Source: Candidatus Latescibacterota bacterium (lineage in GTDB: Bacteria; Latescibacterota; CBDEFO01). Taken from it: a stretch of 64,000 bases of DNA. A program made the translations under genes and the position numbers. This document shows positions 53,580-62,078 of this stretch, piece by piece. Under the pieces are notes generated by a model. The model saw only the letters and a list, made by a program, of their open reading frames with translations. It was not told the DNA's origin and ran no database searches. Location: the NCBI GenBank assembly GCA_965248755.1, contig OZ252149.1, positions 928,001 to 992,000 on the forward strand. The letters run 5' to 3'. Position 1 is the stretch's first letter, and every line of letters begins with the position of its first letter.

Positions 53580-53933
53580 TTACGGCTCCTCGATTCTGAC
53601 ATATACCTCGTCCGCCATCTCGCTGTCCACCGCAAATTGAGAATGCTCCACCTGAAATACAAAAGAGTGGAACCTTCGAATAAAATCTAACGACATCACC
53701 GGAAGTATCCCCATAGACATAAGCTTTTGAAGTTTTTGAGAGTCGTGAGAGTGAATATAAACTATCTTCCCGCTCTTGCCGACATTCGGATTCCCTACCA
53801 GCGCTACTTTTCTTAGCCCGTTTGACACCCCATCATCCAGACGATGCTCACAGGGAAGACCTAAACATTTCATAAGTCCTGTCGAAAGAGATTCCATTTT
53901 GGGCATCAATTCACCGTAAGCGAGAAAAATCAC
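53580..53933 (-). pseudogene. FeoB G1 fragment fused to partial FeoA domain (deletion product)
   Basis: KVALVGNPNVGKS joined directly to GKIVYI..KLQKLMSMGILP..FAVD..A..VYV. Confidence 0.75.
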
Positions 53934-54023
53934 CTCTTGTTATATAGTTTACGGTTGATCAAGATGTGGGAGAGATTCATTATACGATAATATAGAATGG
54001 CATCCATTTCGATTGGAACTCTA

Positions 54024-54545
54024 TTAGGACTGATGCATAAGGCATTCGCCCTCGTCGCACACGGGACATTTCTCCAAATCGGTACATCCGTCTTGGTGTT
54101 TTTCAAACGCAGCCAGGAATGCATGAGTCTCTTTATTATCCTGAAATAGGAATCGTAAGAAGCTCAGAAGCTTTTCAGCCGTTTGGTCGCTGATCAAGTG
54201 TTCCACCTTGCAGGCGTCTATCTCCGCCTGCACCGGGCTCACTTTTAGCACTTCATCGAAGAATTTTATGAATATCTTTCTCTTGGACTGGATAGCCTGT
54301 GCAAGATTCTCCCCTTCAGGCGAAAGTTGGAGGAATTTGTTACTGTCTTGAAGGATATATCCTCTCATCTTAAGTGGTCTGAGAGTAATAGATACACTTC
54401 CCCTGGTTATGTCTAAATTCCTGGCAATATCAGATACACGGGCGTATCCGTGGGCCTGAGTCAGTTCCAAGATTGACATCAGATGATGCGCCACGCTGTG
54501 AGTGATATTGTTCTCGTCAAAGCTCTTCCAAACCTCTTCTAACAT
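54024..54545 (-). CDS. DtxR/MntR-family metal-dependent repressor with Cys-rich tail
   Basis: AR.SDIA..L.IT.GSV, L.P.G, DAC.VEH.IS; C-terminal C...KCP.C...C. Confidence 0.9.
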   Translation of the reverse strand: MLEEVWKSFDENNITHSVAHHLMSILELTQAHGYARVSDIARNLDITRGSVSITLRPLKMRGYILQDSNKFLQLSPEGENLAQAIQSKRKIFIKFFDEVLKVSPVQAEIDACKVEHLISDQTAEKLLSFLRFLFQDNKETHAFLAAFEKHQDGCTDLEKCPVCDEGECLMHQS

Positions 54546-54571
54546 TTTGATCACTTCCCCAGTTAGTTTGG

Positions 54572-54640
54572 TATAGTTATCGCATGATTTATTATTAATA
54601 CATATGACATAACTATAAAACACTTATATCTGTCTGTCAA
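54572..54640 (-). promoter_or_regulatory. sigma70 promoter with overlapping palindromic operator candidate
   Basis: TTGACA-17-TATAGT; inverted repeat tatagttat..ataactata spanning -10/+1. Confidence 0.6.
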
Positions 54641-54790
54641 GGTATTTTTGCTAATTTTTGAGAATTATATAAGCCTATAACAAACCGCTTGACTTTGACT
54701 CTCTTCCAGTCTAATTTAAGCTTATGTTTCTGGCTACCTACTGATCTTTTCTTTCTGCTAATTTGGTATTCTTTTAGGAGTCAAAAGACG

Positions 54791-55978
54791 ATGACTGGAC
54801 CCTTGAGAGGAGTGAGAGTCTTAGATACAAGCAGAGTCCTGTCAGGGCCCTATGCCACGATGATCTTGGCTGACATGGGGGCCGAGGTAATTAAAATTGA
54901 GCTTCCAGGGACAGGAGATGAAGCAAGGGGCATAGGTCCTTTCAAGGACAAAGAGAGCACCTACTTCATCAGTATAAATAGGGGCAAAAAGAGCGTAACC
55001 CTGGACATGAGAAAGAGGGAAGGCGCTGAAATTTTGGCGAAATTGGCCCGCAAGTGCGATGTGCTCGTGGAGAACTTCACACCGGGGACGATGAAGAAGT
55101 TTGGGCTCGATTACGAATCTCTAAAAGGTGAAAATCCAAGACTTATATACACCTCTATATCGGGCTTCGGACAGACGGGTCCCTACTCAGAGAGACCCGC
55201 CTACGACGCCATCATACAGGGAATGGGGGGAATAGCCAGTCTAACTGGAAGAGAGGGAGATCCGCCCATCAGGGTCGGCACATCTATAGGTGACCTGGGA
55301 GCGTCTATGTACGCCGTGGTGGGTGTAGTTTCCGCTCTTTACGCCAGAGAGTTCACGGGCGTGGGACAACACATAGATATAGCCATGCTGGACTGTCAGG
55401 TCTCGCTTCTGGAGAATGCCATCGCTCGCTATGCTGTAAATGGAGAAGTTCCCAAACCGCTAGGATCCCGTCATCCGACCATTACGCCCTTTGAATTCCT
55501 CCAGACCAAGAACGGATACATAGTAATAGCTGCGGGCAATAATACGTTGTGGGCAAAGCTCTGCCAGGTGTTGGGACTCCCACACTTAATTGAAGATAAG
55601 AGATTTCGAACCAATGCCGACAGGACGGATAACTATGAAGAACTTCGACCTATCCTAGCCCAAAGTCTTCTAACCAAGACCTCTCTGGAGTGGGAGGAGC
55701 TGCTTCAGCGGGCAAATGTCCCCTGCGGTCCTATAAATACAATAGACAAAGTTGTGGAGGACGAACACGTTAAGGCTAGGGAGATGATATTGGAGTCAGA
55801 ACATAAGAAGATCGGAAAGCTCAAGGTTGCAGGATCTCCCTTGAAATTCTCAGAGGATAGAGTGGAGATAACCGACTCTGCTCCTCTTCTGGGGGAGCAT
55901 ACTGATGAGGTCTTAAAGAACATTGCAGATTTGAGCGACGAGGAGATAGCAGATTTAAAGAAGAAGAAAGTCATCTAA
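54791..55978 (+). CDS. Family III CoA-transferase (CaiB/BaiF)
   Basis: GPL.GVRVLD, LADMGAEVIKIE, NRGKKS, ENF.PG, SGFGQTGP, YD. Confidence 0.94.
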   Translation: MTGPLRGVRVLDTSRVLSGPYATMILADMGAEVIKIELPGTGDEARGIGPFKDKESTYFISINRGKKSVTLDMRKREGAEILAKLARKCDVLVENFTPGTMKKFGLDYESLKGENPRLIYTSISGFGQTGPYSERPAYDAIIQGMGGIASLTGREGDPPIRVGTSIGDLGASMYAVVGVVSALYAREFTGVGQHIDIAMLDCQVSLLENAIARYAVNGEVPKPLGSRHPTITPFEFLQTKNGYIVIAAGNNTLWAKLCQVLGLPHLIEDKRFRTNADRTDNYEELRPILAQSLLTKTSLEWEELLQRANVPCGPINTIDKVVEDEHVKAREMILESEHKKIGKLKVAGSPLKFSEDRVEITDSAPLLGEHTDEVLKNIADLSDEEIADLKKKKVI

Positions 55979-56004
55979 CCCGATAAATTTATAAACTTGG
56001 TGGA

Positions 56005-56125
56005 GTCATTGCGAGGAGCAACGCGACGAAGAAATCTCAAGGTTTTATGGTAGTCGCCTATGAGAGCCGGAGAGTCTTACATCTACCACAGAATCGAGAT
56101 TGCTTCGCCTTCGGCTCGCAATGAC
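56005..56125. repeat. GTCATTGCGAG-family inverted repeat pair
   Basis: gtcattgcgaggagcaacgcgacgaagaaatctc .. gagattgcttcgccttcggctcgcaatgac. Confidence 0.85.
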
Positions 56126-56226
56126 ACCGAAGGTAGTTAAACGGCATAACTATAATATCTTACAATCCCTTAATTAGTACACGGCCTTTTTTTGTGAATT
56201 ATTCGGGCTAAAGGAGGTAAAAAGCT

Positions 56227-56400
56227 GTGGAATGTACGCCGAGAATTATCAGAGAAAGAAAACAGGTGGGAAAGTTTCCCGGAGACAAGTCGCAGACGAT
56301 AGTTAAGATATACTGCCCCATCTTGGGAGAGATAGTTCTCAGAGGAGAGCAGGCGGAAAAAGCGGTCAAGAACATAAGAGAAAAAGGCGGTAACTTCTAA
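56227..56400 (+). CDS. Small 57-aa hypothetical protein
   Basis: Perfect SD aaggaggt then GTG; MECTPRIIRERKQVGKFPGDKSQTIVKIYCPILGEIVLRGEQAEKAVKNIREKGGNF. Confidence 0.55.
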   Translation: MECTPRIIRERKQVGKFPGDKSQTIVKIYCPILGEIVLRGEQAEKAVKNIREKGGNF

Positions 56401-56413
56401 GGTAGAGAGTTCT

Positions 56414-56935
56414 ATGACCACAAGGGAGCTTGCCAGATTGTCTCTGCTTACTGCCCTGACCGCTGTGGCTACCATGATCATAAAGGTTCCTACTCCAGCT
56501 ACCAAGGGCTATGTGAACCTGGGCGATTCGATGGTGTTCGTCTCGGCCCTTCTGTTCGGGGCAAAAACTGGAGCCATAGCAGGGGGCCTGGGATCATCTT
56601 TAGCTGACCTTTTGGGAGGATACTTCCTTTGGGCTCCGATGACACTATTTATAAAGGGGATAGAGGGACTCTTGGTCGGAAAACTTTTCAGTATGACTCG
56701 AAAGTCGCTTCTGGACAGAACCGGCATCCTTCTGGCTATTCCCATAATCCTTCTGGGCGGCGCCTGGATGCTGTCCGGCTACTTTATGTGTGAAACTCAG
56801 CTGTTCGGGTGGGGCGCCGCCTTGGGAGCACTGCCCGGCAACACCTTTCAGGCGATATTGGGGCTCGCAGTGTCCATTCCTACAGCAGCGGCGCTCACGA
56901 GGATGGGAATCGGTCAGGACGAATATATGGAGTAG
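56414..56935 (+). CDS. ECF transporter S component
   Basis: P.PATKGYVNLGD, G..AGG.GS.LADL.GGY..WAP.T..IKG.EG. Confidence 0.9.
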   Translation: MTTRELARLSLLTALTAVATMIIKVPTPATKGYVNLGDSMVFVSALLFGAKTGAIAGGLGSSLADLLGGYFLWAPMTLFIKGIEGLLVGKLFSMTRKSLLDRTGILLAIPIILLGGAWMLSGYFMCETQLFGWGAALGALPGNTFQAILGLAVSIPTAAALTRMGIGQDEYME

Positions 56936-56980
56936 CCCCCGATTGAATCTATCGGGGGTAGATTGAAATCGGAGAATTAA

Positions 56981-57787
56981 ATGGATCTTTGCCGAAGGAT
57001 ATTGCCTCTTTTTCTTACCTTTATAATCTTCCTTACAGCTTATGAACCCGTCTACGCACAGAGGCCATTTATCACAGAAAACGCAGAACTCCTGGCTCCG
57101 GGCAGAATAGAACTGGAGATCGGCTTTGAGTATTGGGGCAAAAGCTACAACTTCCAAACGGACGCTAAATCAAGAACCCAAGTCAGATTGGGCGTCCTCG
57201 GAGCAAATATCGGAGTCGGAAAGATAGTCGAAATACAGCTCGCCTTCCCCTCCGCAGTCTTACAAAGTGACGACATCATCGGGAACGACAGGGACGTCGG
57301 TGATGCGACGTTCTTCACGAAGGTGAGACTCTTCAAAGAACGAGGATCCTATCCCTCAGTAGCAGTCAGGTTCGGAACGAAGCTACCCAACGCCGAAGAG
57401 GAGTTCGGCATTGGCACAGATGAAAACGACTTTATGGGATCGTTCCCGATCACCAAGAATTTCGGCTCGCTGCGCACTTCTTTGGACTTGGGGTTAGGCA
57501 TCCTCGGAAATCCGACAAGGAACAACGCCCAGCACGATGTCTACACTTTTGGACTGTCGCTTATGTACCCGTCGAAAGGGACTTTGAGCTTTCTGTCGGA
57601 GATATACGCTAGAAAAGGGACATCACGGTTCGATGACCTCTTATCCGTCCGCGCCGGTCTTCAGTTCAAGAGCAAAAAGGGACACAGATTAGATGTAGTG
57701 GGGAGCATCGGAATGGCTGAAGAAAGCCCCGAATGGGAGATTACTACCGGATTGGCGTGGGATTTCAAGGCGTTCAGCCTGCAATAG
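56981..57787 (+). CDS. Outer-membrane beta-barrel transporter-like protein
   Basis: Signal peptide, RPFITE, GD....K.R, KLP.A....G.GT, amphipathic strands. Confidence 0.7.
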   Translation: MDLCRRILPLFLTFIIFLTAYEPVYAQRPFITENAELLAPGRIELEIGFEYWGKSYNFQTDAKSRTQVRLGVLGANIGVGKIVEIQLAFPSAVLQSDDIIGNDRDVGDATFFTKVRLFKERGSYPSVAVRFGTKLPNAEEEFGIGTDENDFMGSFPITKNFGSLRTSLDLGLGILGNPTRNNAQHDVYTFGLSLMYPSKGTLSFLSEIYARKGTSRFDDLLSVRAGLQFKSKKGHRLDVVGSIGMAEESPEWEITTGLAWDFKAFSLQ

Positions 57788-57797
57788 CCCGAAAATG

Positions 57798-58032
57798 GTA
57801 GACAGCAAACAGGGACTCCCCCTGCTCCCTCCGGTCTACGACATTGCTGCGGGCCCCCGATAGATTCAATCAGGGGTCACCCCTCGCAAAGACTAAGGGT
57901 CGAATCCCAGCACCGTCACTCCGAGCACGTCCTGTGTCATTGCGAGACAAAGCCCAGAGCGTAGCGAAGGGTCAGCGAAGCAATCTCAAGGGGTGGGAGG
58001 AAGTACCCCCTGTCTACTAACTGCTGTCTACT
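57798..58032. repeat. Composite cluster of three palindrome families
   Basis: gtagac..gtctac hairpin, 21-bp palindrome at 57855, gtcattgcgag..gaagcaatctc at 57936-57987. Confidence 0.75.
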
Positions 58033-58063
58033 TGGTAGGGCTGGGAGGAGATGGAGAAATATA

Positions 58064-59173
58064 GTGAGACCCGCGTGGATAGAGGTGGACCTTGAGGCCG
58101 TAAAGCAGAACATAAGGAGCATTAAAAGCGTTGTAGGGGATAAAACCCAGGTCATGGCCGTGACGAAAGCCAACGGCTACGGGCACGGGTTAATAGAGGT
58201 CTCCAGGTCATCCCTCCAGGCGGGGGCGACGATGCTCGGGGCGGCGATATTAGACGAAGCGCTTGCGATCAGAGAGAACGGTATAAAAGACCCCATACTC
58301 ATCTTGGGATGTCCTCTCCCCGATCAAGCCCCGGATATAGTAAATAATTACATCTCTCACGTAGTAACGAACATAGAAGCGGCGGAATCCCTTTCAAGGG
58401 AAGCGGTAAAAAGAGGTATCCCAGCTAAGGTTCACATAAAGATCGACACAGGGATGGGAAGAATCGGGGTGACTATGGATAAAGCCCTCAGCTTTGCTCA
58501 AGAGCTTACGGCTCATCCCGGAATAGAGATAGAGGGTGTGATGATGCATTTTTCCAGTGCCGACCAGCCCGACCTGAGCTTTTCAAGGCAGCAGATTGGT
58601 AAATTCGCCGATGTTCTTTCGAAGCTCTCCTGTGCAGGCATAGCTCCCAAATGGAGACACACAGCAAATAGCGCCGCCATAGCCTTCTTACCTGAGTCCC
58701 ACTTTGACATGGTCCGCCCCGGGCTCTTGATCTACGGGATACCGCCGACTCCAGAGTCGTGCGATATCCCTTTGAGACCCGCTATGACCATTAAAGCGCG
58801 CATAACGCAGATCAGGAGTGTGCCGAAGGGCCAAAACATAAGCTACGGCAGGAGCTTCGTAACAAATAGGAAAAGCGTGTTAGGAATAGTCCCACTGGGC
58901 TATGGAGACGGCTATTCCCGCGCGCATAGCAACAGAGGAAAGGTGTTGGTCAAAGGCACGTTTGCCCCGATCCTGGGGAGAGTCTGCATGGATCAGTTCG
59001 TCGTAGACCTTACGGATATTCCCCGGGTCGCGTTGGGAGAGGAAGTCGTAGTTATGGGGAGGCAGAGGCATAATCAGATAACCACCTGGGATGTCGCAGA
59101 GTGGATGAACAGCATCCCCCACGAGGTAGTTTCAGCGCTCGGGACTCGGCTCCCAAGGGTTTTCATAAGCTGA
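58064..59173 (+). CDS. alr: Alanine racemase
   Basis: AV.KANGYGHG, KIDTGMGRIG, HF..AD, VRPG, SYG, GYGDG, GRVCMDQ. Confidence 0.96.
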   Translation: MRPAWIEVDLEAVKQNIRSIKSVVGDKTQVMAVTKANGYGHGLIEVSRSSLQAGATMLGAAILDEALAIRENGIKDPILILGCPLPDQAPDIVNNYISHVVTNIEAAESLSREAVKRGIPAKVHIKIDTGMGRIGVTMDKALSFAQELTAHPGIEIEGVMMHFSSADQPDLSFSRQQIGKFADVLSKLSCAGIAPKWRHTANSAAIAFLPESHFDMVRPGLLIYGIPPTPESCDIPLRPAMTIKARITQIRSVPKGQNISYGRSFVTNRKSVLGIVPLGYGDGYSRAHSNRGKVLVKGTFAPILGRVCMDQFVVDLTDIPRVALGEEVVVMGRQRHNQITTWDVAEWMNSIPHEVVSALGTRLPRVFIS

Positions 59174-59182
59174 GGAAAAAAC

Positions 59183-59917
59183 ATGAAACTTGCCCAACTG
59201 AATTGGCCCGACATGGAGAAGGTGTCAAGAGACCTTGTAGTGATATTCCCTATAGGATCATTCGAACAGCACGGTCCACACCTTCCGTTCGTCACTGACA
59301 CAGCCGAGGTAACGGTGATAGTGGATCGTCTGGATGAAACGATACCGGATGATATTCTATGCCTGCCCACGCAGTGGCTCGGTTACTCTCCTCATCACAT
59401 GAGGTTTAAGGGGACAATAACTGCGAAGTCGGAGACACACATAAATATCATCGTGGAAACTGTAAGCTGTATGATAGATGCTGGCTTCAACAGGATCATT
59501 GTCCTCAACGGACATGGGGGAAACGTACCTAATATGGGAGTAGCGCTCCAGAGACTCATGGAGGCATGGCCTGATGCGAACGTCTACGGGATAAATTGGT
59601 ACGAATTTGACGAGTTGGAGAAGATAAGAGAGGCAGGGCCCCACGGATGGGGACACGCAGGCGAGATGGAAACGTCCGTTATGATGACGGCCCATCCCGA
59701 TTTAGTCAAGACGGACAGGTTCCAGAAGGACGGCTTCCCGCCTAAATCAAAATTAGCTTCTAAGACCTTACTATTTAAGAAGATAGATCATATTACTGCC
59801 AGAGGAAACTACGGAGATCCAAATTTTGCCTCAGCAGAGAAGGGAGAACGTTTCCTGAAAACCGCGGTGGATGTCCTCATCGGGATCGTCGAAGATATTA
59901 AAAAGGGAGCCTTATAG
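59183..59917 (+). CDS. Creatininase-family amidohydrolase
   Basis: GSFEQHGPHLP..TD, NGHGGN, HAGEMETS. Confidence 0.92.
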   Translation: MKLAQLNWPDMEKVSRDLVVIFPIGSFEQHGPHLPFVTDTAEVTVIVDRLDETIPDDILCLPTQWLGYSPHHMRFKGTITAKSETHINIIVETVSCMIDAGFNRIIVLNGHGGNVPNMGVALQRLMEAWPDANVYGINWYEFDELEKIREAGPHGWGHAGEMETSVMMTAHPDLVKTDRFQKDGFPPKSKLASKTLLFKKIDHITARGNYGDPNFASAEKGERFLKTAVDVLIGIVEDIKKGAL

Positions 59918-60067
59918 GCCCGCCATTTCTGACGAGCCGGATGTTCCAGACTCCGTGGGCTTTTATGAAAACGACACAACGTCGCACAATGTTTTTCGAT
60001 CCATCTGCCTTCATTCGTTACTGAACTGGAAAGTCTAACTCTCAAAGTTAGGTTGCTTCCTCTGAGT

Positions 60068-61063
60068 CTACAGCCTTTCCCACTTCCATATCTTGACCCA
60101 CCCCTCAGCTGATTCCGGCCCCCAGTTTGGATGAAATAGCTGTAACTGATATAGATTCCCATTTCCATCTACAACAAAATCATCACCATCACCTGGTCTG
60201 GGTACGGTTTTCTTAGGACATTCAGGAATTTTCCCAAGGTACTCTCCACCACTACCGTAAATTTCCATACTAAACTTTCGCTCATCTAGTGCATTAACAA
60301 ATGAGTTGCCTTGTCCATCAATTGCGACTAGATCTCCCACGCGTGAGCCCTGCTTAGTAAATGTTACTGGCAATCCAGAGATGCCTTTTTCAGGGCGTTG
60401 CGCATATCGCTCAAACGCTCCCCAAGGGTCTCCGCCTTCCGGATAATTATGTAACAAAGTATAATCAGAAAAGGCTGAGGTAGTTATTCGGCGAACATAT
60501 CCCCTTGATAGCACAGTCGTGCCTTCCTTGTTAAGAAATAGAGCACGTGAGTCACCGAATATGGATATATCCCCCTTAGAATTAACGCGCAGGGAAAGCT
60601 CAGTAAAACGTCCAAACTCACACTGAAAGTGGCTCACAAACTTAGCCTGATTGTCTAATTTAGAGCCTCTCAAAACCTCCATCGCCCTATTCTCAGTCAC
60701 TACATAAATGTTACCCTGGTTATCCGCCTCCAAACTTGCCCCTATGCGTATCCGCCATCCATCTTCAGGCGGCCTCCATGCAAGTATGAACTTTCCATTC
60801 CTGTTAAACTTCTGTATCCTAGCATTCACATCGTCTTGAATCCAGAAGTTACCATTGGAATCAACAGTAAAATCATACGGATATACAGGCTCACCTTCTG
60901 GCTTTGGCTCACTCCGTCCAAACTCTCCTGGATTTGCCCCTTCTGGAGCGGAGAAAACAACTTTGGGGTTTTTAAACAGAATCTGGGCTTTGGCTGAGGC
61001 AATACAACAGCACAGTAGCGCCGCTGTGATTCCTACGGAAATAGAGAAAATTCTTTGCTTCAT
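60068..61063 (-). CDS. Secreted NHL-like beta-propeller protein
   Basis: Signal peptide; P.DFTVDSNGNFWI.D..N.RIQKF..NGKF and three further D.QGN.Y repeats. Confidence 0.75.
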   Translation of the reverse strand: MKQRIFSISVGITAALLCCCIASAKAQILFKNPKVVFSAPEGANPGEFGRSEPKPEGEPVYPYDFTVDSNGNFWIQDDVNARIQKFNRNGKFILAWRPPEDGWRIRIGASLEADNQGNIYVVTENRAMEVLRGSKLDNQAKFVSHFQCEFGRFTELSLRVNSKGDISIFGDSRALFLNKEGTTVLSRGYVRRITTSAFSDYTLLHNYPEGGDPWGAFERYAQRPEKGISGLPVTFTKQGSRVGDLVAIDGQGNSFVNALDERKFSMEIYGSGGEYLGKIPECPKKTVPRPGDGDDFVVDGNGNLYQLQLFHPNWGPESAEGWVKIWKWERL

Positions 61064-61149
61064 ATGTATAACTCCTAGTATTTACCGAAGTCTTTCAGGA
61101 CCGAATCCTATATGAAGGAACACATTAACTATTTAATTCAGTACAGTGA

Positions 61150-61740
61150 TCAACACCCCTTGGGTCTTAGAACTACTCGATCATGGGTTGAATTCTCACC
61201 CCAATAGGTGTTAGTTGACATATTTCTATCATTTTTTTTGTTAATGCTGTCAGGATCGTCATTATTCTGGTTACCAGATGCTGTGTGTATATCGACCACA
61301 TTATTGCCTTCCAGTTTTGTAATAATTCCACCGTGGGTAAATTCATTGCTATCAACTTTTAAGGCAATGATATCGCCTCTTTTATAGTCGCCTGTCGCTG
61401 TGACTTCATCGAAGTGAGTACGGTTATTAGCGATACCGTCCATATTTGTGTCGCCAATATCTTTCCCGGACACTGCAAGAGTCGTAAGGACAAGTCCTGA
61501 ACAGTCCAAACCCTCATCACAAGTACTCGTGAACTCGTTGTTATTATATTCATCTTCCCGTTCAGAGGGTGTACCGTGTCCTCCTCCCCAAGTATAATCA
61601 CAACCATTCAGGTTTTCCGCAATGTCTGCTATACAATCGCCTATGCTAGAGCAGCCGCCACCAGAGCTCCCTATCTGTTTCAAACTAACTACGCAAAGCA
61701 AGCAAATCAGCGCTGTGAGAAGAAATAACCACTTTTTCAT
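61150..61740 (-). CDS. Secreted NlpC/P60-family cysteine hydrolase
   Basis: Signal peptide, YTWGG, GLDCSGLV, GDII, TH.GI, IH. Confidence 0.8.
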   Translation of the reverse strand: MKKWLFLLTALICLLCVVSLKQIGSSGGGCSSIGDCIADIAENLNGCDYTWGGGHGTPSEREDEYNNNEFTSTCDEGLDCSGLVLTTLAVSGKDIGDTNMDGIANNRTHFDEVTATGDYKRGDIIALKVDSNEFTHGGIITKLEGNNVVDIHTASGNQNNDDPDSINKKNDRNMSTNTYWGENSTHDRVVLRPKGC

Positions 61741-61770
61741 ACTGTAACCCTCCTTATTGTCAAGACTTTA

Positions 61771-62078
61771 TAACGTCCCACCGCTTCTTTTATGTATCAT
61801 GAGCAAGACTCTCCTTGATTTCCGCACTAGTTCTGGATAATTCACATGCTCGTCTATCAGCTTCTCCAGAATTTCTTTGGCTTGTTCGTACTCGCCCACT
61901 CTAAAATTGATTTGACCTATCGAGTAACGTTCCACCGCTTCTTTTATGTATCATGAGCAAGACTCTCCTTGATTTCCGCACTAGTTCTGGATAATTCACA
62001 TGCTCGTCTATCAGCTTCTCCAGAATTTCTTTGGCTTGCTCGTACTCGCCCACTCTAAAATTGATTTGACCTATCGAG
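61771..62078. repeat. 154-bp tandem duplication
   Basis: 61771-61924 and 61925-62078 differ at two positions by hand count. Confidence 0.92.
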
